Positions 41,533 through 43,671 of a stretch of DNA of 43,671 nt are shown here, one piece after another. The notes under the pieces were generated by a model. The model saw only the letters and a list, made by a program, of their open reading frames with translations. It was not told where the DNA came from and ran no database searches. Position numbers and translations under genes: made by a program. Within the stretch, counting starts at the first letter, position 1. Every line of letters starts with the position of its first letter. Source of the DNA: Chrysochromulina tobinii (lineage: Eukaryota). The DNA is taken from contig JWZX01003082.1 of the NCBI GenBank assembly GCA_001275005.1, forward strand, positions 1-43,671. The letters run 5' to 3'.

Positions 41533-42498
41533 ATGGCGCCCTCGGCTTCGCTTATAACGTACCTTACCATGTGGTACGTCGGCAACTACTGGTACAACAT
41601 CTACAACAAGAACGCCGGCAAGCTCAGCGGCGGCGCCAACTTTGCCTTTACAAATGCCACGATGCAGCTGGTCATCGGCTGCGCTTACGCAATCTTCCTC
41701 TGGCTAGCGCCGGACGCACGCAAGCAGCCAACGCTCACGCTCGGGCAGTTCATGTCGTTGGCCCCGCTCGGATTCTTCGCCGCTGTCGCGCATGGCGGCG
41801 CGGTCTACGCGATGTCTGCAGGCGCCGTCTCGTTCGGCCAGATAGTGAAGGCGGGCGAGCCCGTCTTCGCCGCGGCCGTGGGCTACTTTGTCTACAAGAA
41901 GTCCGAGTCGGTGCCCAAGCTCATCTGCCTGCTGCCCGTGATCGGCGGCATCGCCATCGCCTCAATGCAGGAGCTCGACTTCACCATGGCCTCACTGATC
42001 GCTGCGAGCACCGCCAACGTTGCGAGCGCCTTCCGCGGCAGCGAGAACAAGCGCGTGATGACAGGCGAGCTCTCGTCAGCGATCGGCTCGGGCGGCAACT
42101 CGTACGCGCTCACGACCATCTGGGCGACCATCTTGCTCACTCCGACCGTCTTCATCTCGGGCGAGTTTGACCGCATCGACGAGTACCTCGCGCTGCTCCG
42201 CTCGAATAGCACGTTCCGGTACAACCTCCTGATGAGTGGCGTGACCTTCTACCTGTACAACGAGGTGTCGACCAAGTGCCTCACGGGAAAGGATGGGCTC
42301 TCGGGCGTCTCGCACTCGGTCGCCAACACCGCCAAGCGCGCCGTCGTCATCGTGGGCTCGGCGCTTGCCTTTGGCGAGGACATGGGGTTCTTAAAATCGG
42401 TCGGCTGCACCATCGCCATCGCCGGCACCTTCCTCTACGCGATCGCCGACAGCATCCCGGGCTACCTCGGCTTCGGGAAGAAGGCCAAGTCCAACTGA
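41533..42498 (+). CDS. TPT: Triose-phosphate/phosphate translocator family protein
   Basis: WYVGNYWYNIYNK, GAVSFGQIVKAGEPVF, LLPVIGGIAIAS..ELDF, SGVTFYLYNEVS, SHSVANTAKR. Multiple TM segments. No N-terminal presequence before TM1. Confidence 0.9.
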   Translation: MAPSASLITYLTMWYVGNYWYNIYNKNAGKLSGGANFAFTNATMQLVIGCAYAIFLWLAPDARKQPTLTLGQFMSLAPLGFFAAVAHGGAVYAMSAGAVSFGQIVKAGEPVFAAAVGYFVYKKSESVPKLICLLPVIGGIAIASMQELDFTMASLIAASTANVASAFRGSENKRVMTGELSSAIGSGGNSYALTTIWATILLTPTVFISGEFDRIDEYLALLRSNSTFRYNLLMSGVTFYLYNEVSTKCLTGKDGLSGVSHSVANTAKRAVVIVGSALAFGEDMGFLKSVGCTIAIAGTFLYAIADSIPGYLGFGKKAKSN

Positions 42499-43101
42499 GG
42501 CGTGCCGCAGGGACGCGGCGACGCGCGCGAGGCGAGAACTGAGTATGTGACCACGCCATTCTGCACACCGACGGAGCGTGAACTGTCACACAGAGTTTGC
42601 GAGTTGCGAGGACCACGTTCGGCGTCTGTTACGTGGCCCGCGTGTTGTGGGCTTTAGTGCGACTGTATCGTGCGAGCATGATACAGTACAAGATGCCACA
42701 CATTACTATCCTACCGGCGCGAAGGGACGCGAAGGCGTTGAAATATACGATCGACCTCGCTATACGCTAACGCGGGGGCTTGCCTTACTCGCGGCTCGGC
42801 TTGCCTGACGGACTTCGGCCGCGTGTACGTCGTAGCGTGTGCGTGCTCCCGTCCCGTCACCTCCGATCAACGACACTCAGACTCACCGCACTCAAAGGCG
42901 ACCCAAGCGATCGCAAACAAGCAGCTCTGTAGACCGCCAAACGTGAAAGCAAATGCGGCTGCCGATCCCCATAGCAGATAGCACGAATCCCCCCATCGCC
43001 GACCCTGAGTCCCTCGAAGCCAGACTCGGCGGCACGCGCCACACGCATCGACGCAGCACGAACCCCGACCCCAACCCTGGCAGCCACCGCCCAGTAGGCA
43101 G

Positions 43102-43198
43102 CTGCTGGAGCCATGGTCCTATGCAGCACTCACGTTCACTGCTGGAGCCATGGTCCGACGTAGCACTCTAGTAGCACTCTAGTAGCACTCACGTTCAC
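43102..43198. repeat. Cluster of short direct repeats
   Basis: GCTGGAGCCATGGTCC x2, AGCACTCACGTTCAC x2, and 11-bp TAGCACTCTAG x2-3. Confidence 0.8.
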
Positions 43199-43252
43199 GA
43201 CGGGGTCCCCCACCTACCCCCGCTCGCCTGATTTGGAAAGCCCAATCTCGCC

Positions 43253-43574
43253 TCATAACTGGACGTAACCACTCGCGGCGGCGGCTCGCCTGCGGTAGAG
43301 GACCGCAGCGAAGCCGAGGGCCAGCAGCCCGAGCGGCGAGATACCGTTACCCATCCCGGCACGCTCGGCCGGTGCGGCCAGCACGGCCGCAGGTGCGCCC
43401 AGCACGACGCCCTCCCTTCCATCAACCTCGGCTGCGATGGCGCCCAGCACGACGCCCTCTCTTCCATCAACCTCGGCTGCGAGGGCTTGGTCAATCGCGA
43501 TGTCTACGAGCGGCGGCGGAGGAGGAGGGGGAGGAGGAGACGGGGCCGGTGACGGTGGCGGGGGGGGCGGGGGC
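43253..43574 (-). CDS. 3' end of a Pro-rich, C-terminally membrane-anchored protein (partial)
   Basis: Poly-Pro, a 42-bp duplication (AAEVDGREGVVLGA x2), TM LGLLALGFAAVLY followed by RRR, and a terminal YVQL (YxxL sorting-like). The 5' part is replaced by DBP5-derived sequence. Confidence 0.55.
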
Positions 43575-43583
43575 AAAAAAAAA

Positions 43584-43671
43584 AAACAGCTGCAGACCCT
43601 CTTCTTCTCTGCCACGTGGAAGGAAGAGACTGTCAAGTTTGCGAACTCGCTCAAGGGCAGTGGCGGCGAGG
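43584..43671 (+). repeat. Exact 88-bp copy of DBP5 coding sequence 26493-26580
   Basis: AAACAGCTGCAGACCCTC...GGCGGCGAGG is identical at both positions. It runs to the window end and follows a G-rich tract and an A12 run. Confidence 0.95.

Overview
GC-rich, gene-dense eukaryotic nuclear DNA with GT-AG spliceosomal introns. Inferred, not proven, to be from a haptophyte-like alga, based on the high GC, the 10-11-bp tandem repeats inside introns and the plastid-type genes. About 20 protein genes are supportable. In order: a fused double Fe(II)/2-oxoglutarate dioxygenase (IPNS-like + TauD-like), a type I signal peptidase, an amino-acid transporter (1 intron), a 7-exon importin-4, a broken RecQ-like helicase relic, a Tudor/Agenet + 2xLysM protein, a cyclophilin (1 intron), a GAF-domain protein, a Ser-less esterase, a KQEL-tailed ER protein, the DBP5/DDX19 helicase and two orphans. 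These are followed by a run of glycan/surface genes (CD36-like, EGF-exostosin GT47, GH16 glucanase, sialidase with a MAR-like N-terminal module) and a phosphate translocator. The last 88 bp are an exact copy of an internal DBP5 segment, probably an assembly chimera. No rRNA, tRNA or CRISPR array was seen. The most notable items are the three domain fusions (double dioxygenase, Tudor/Agenet-LysM, MAR-sialidase) and signs of active intron birth and remodelling. All domain calls are by-eye motif recognition, not database hits.
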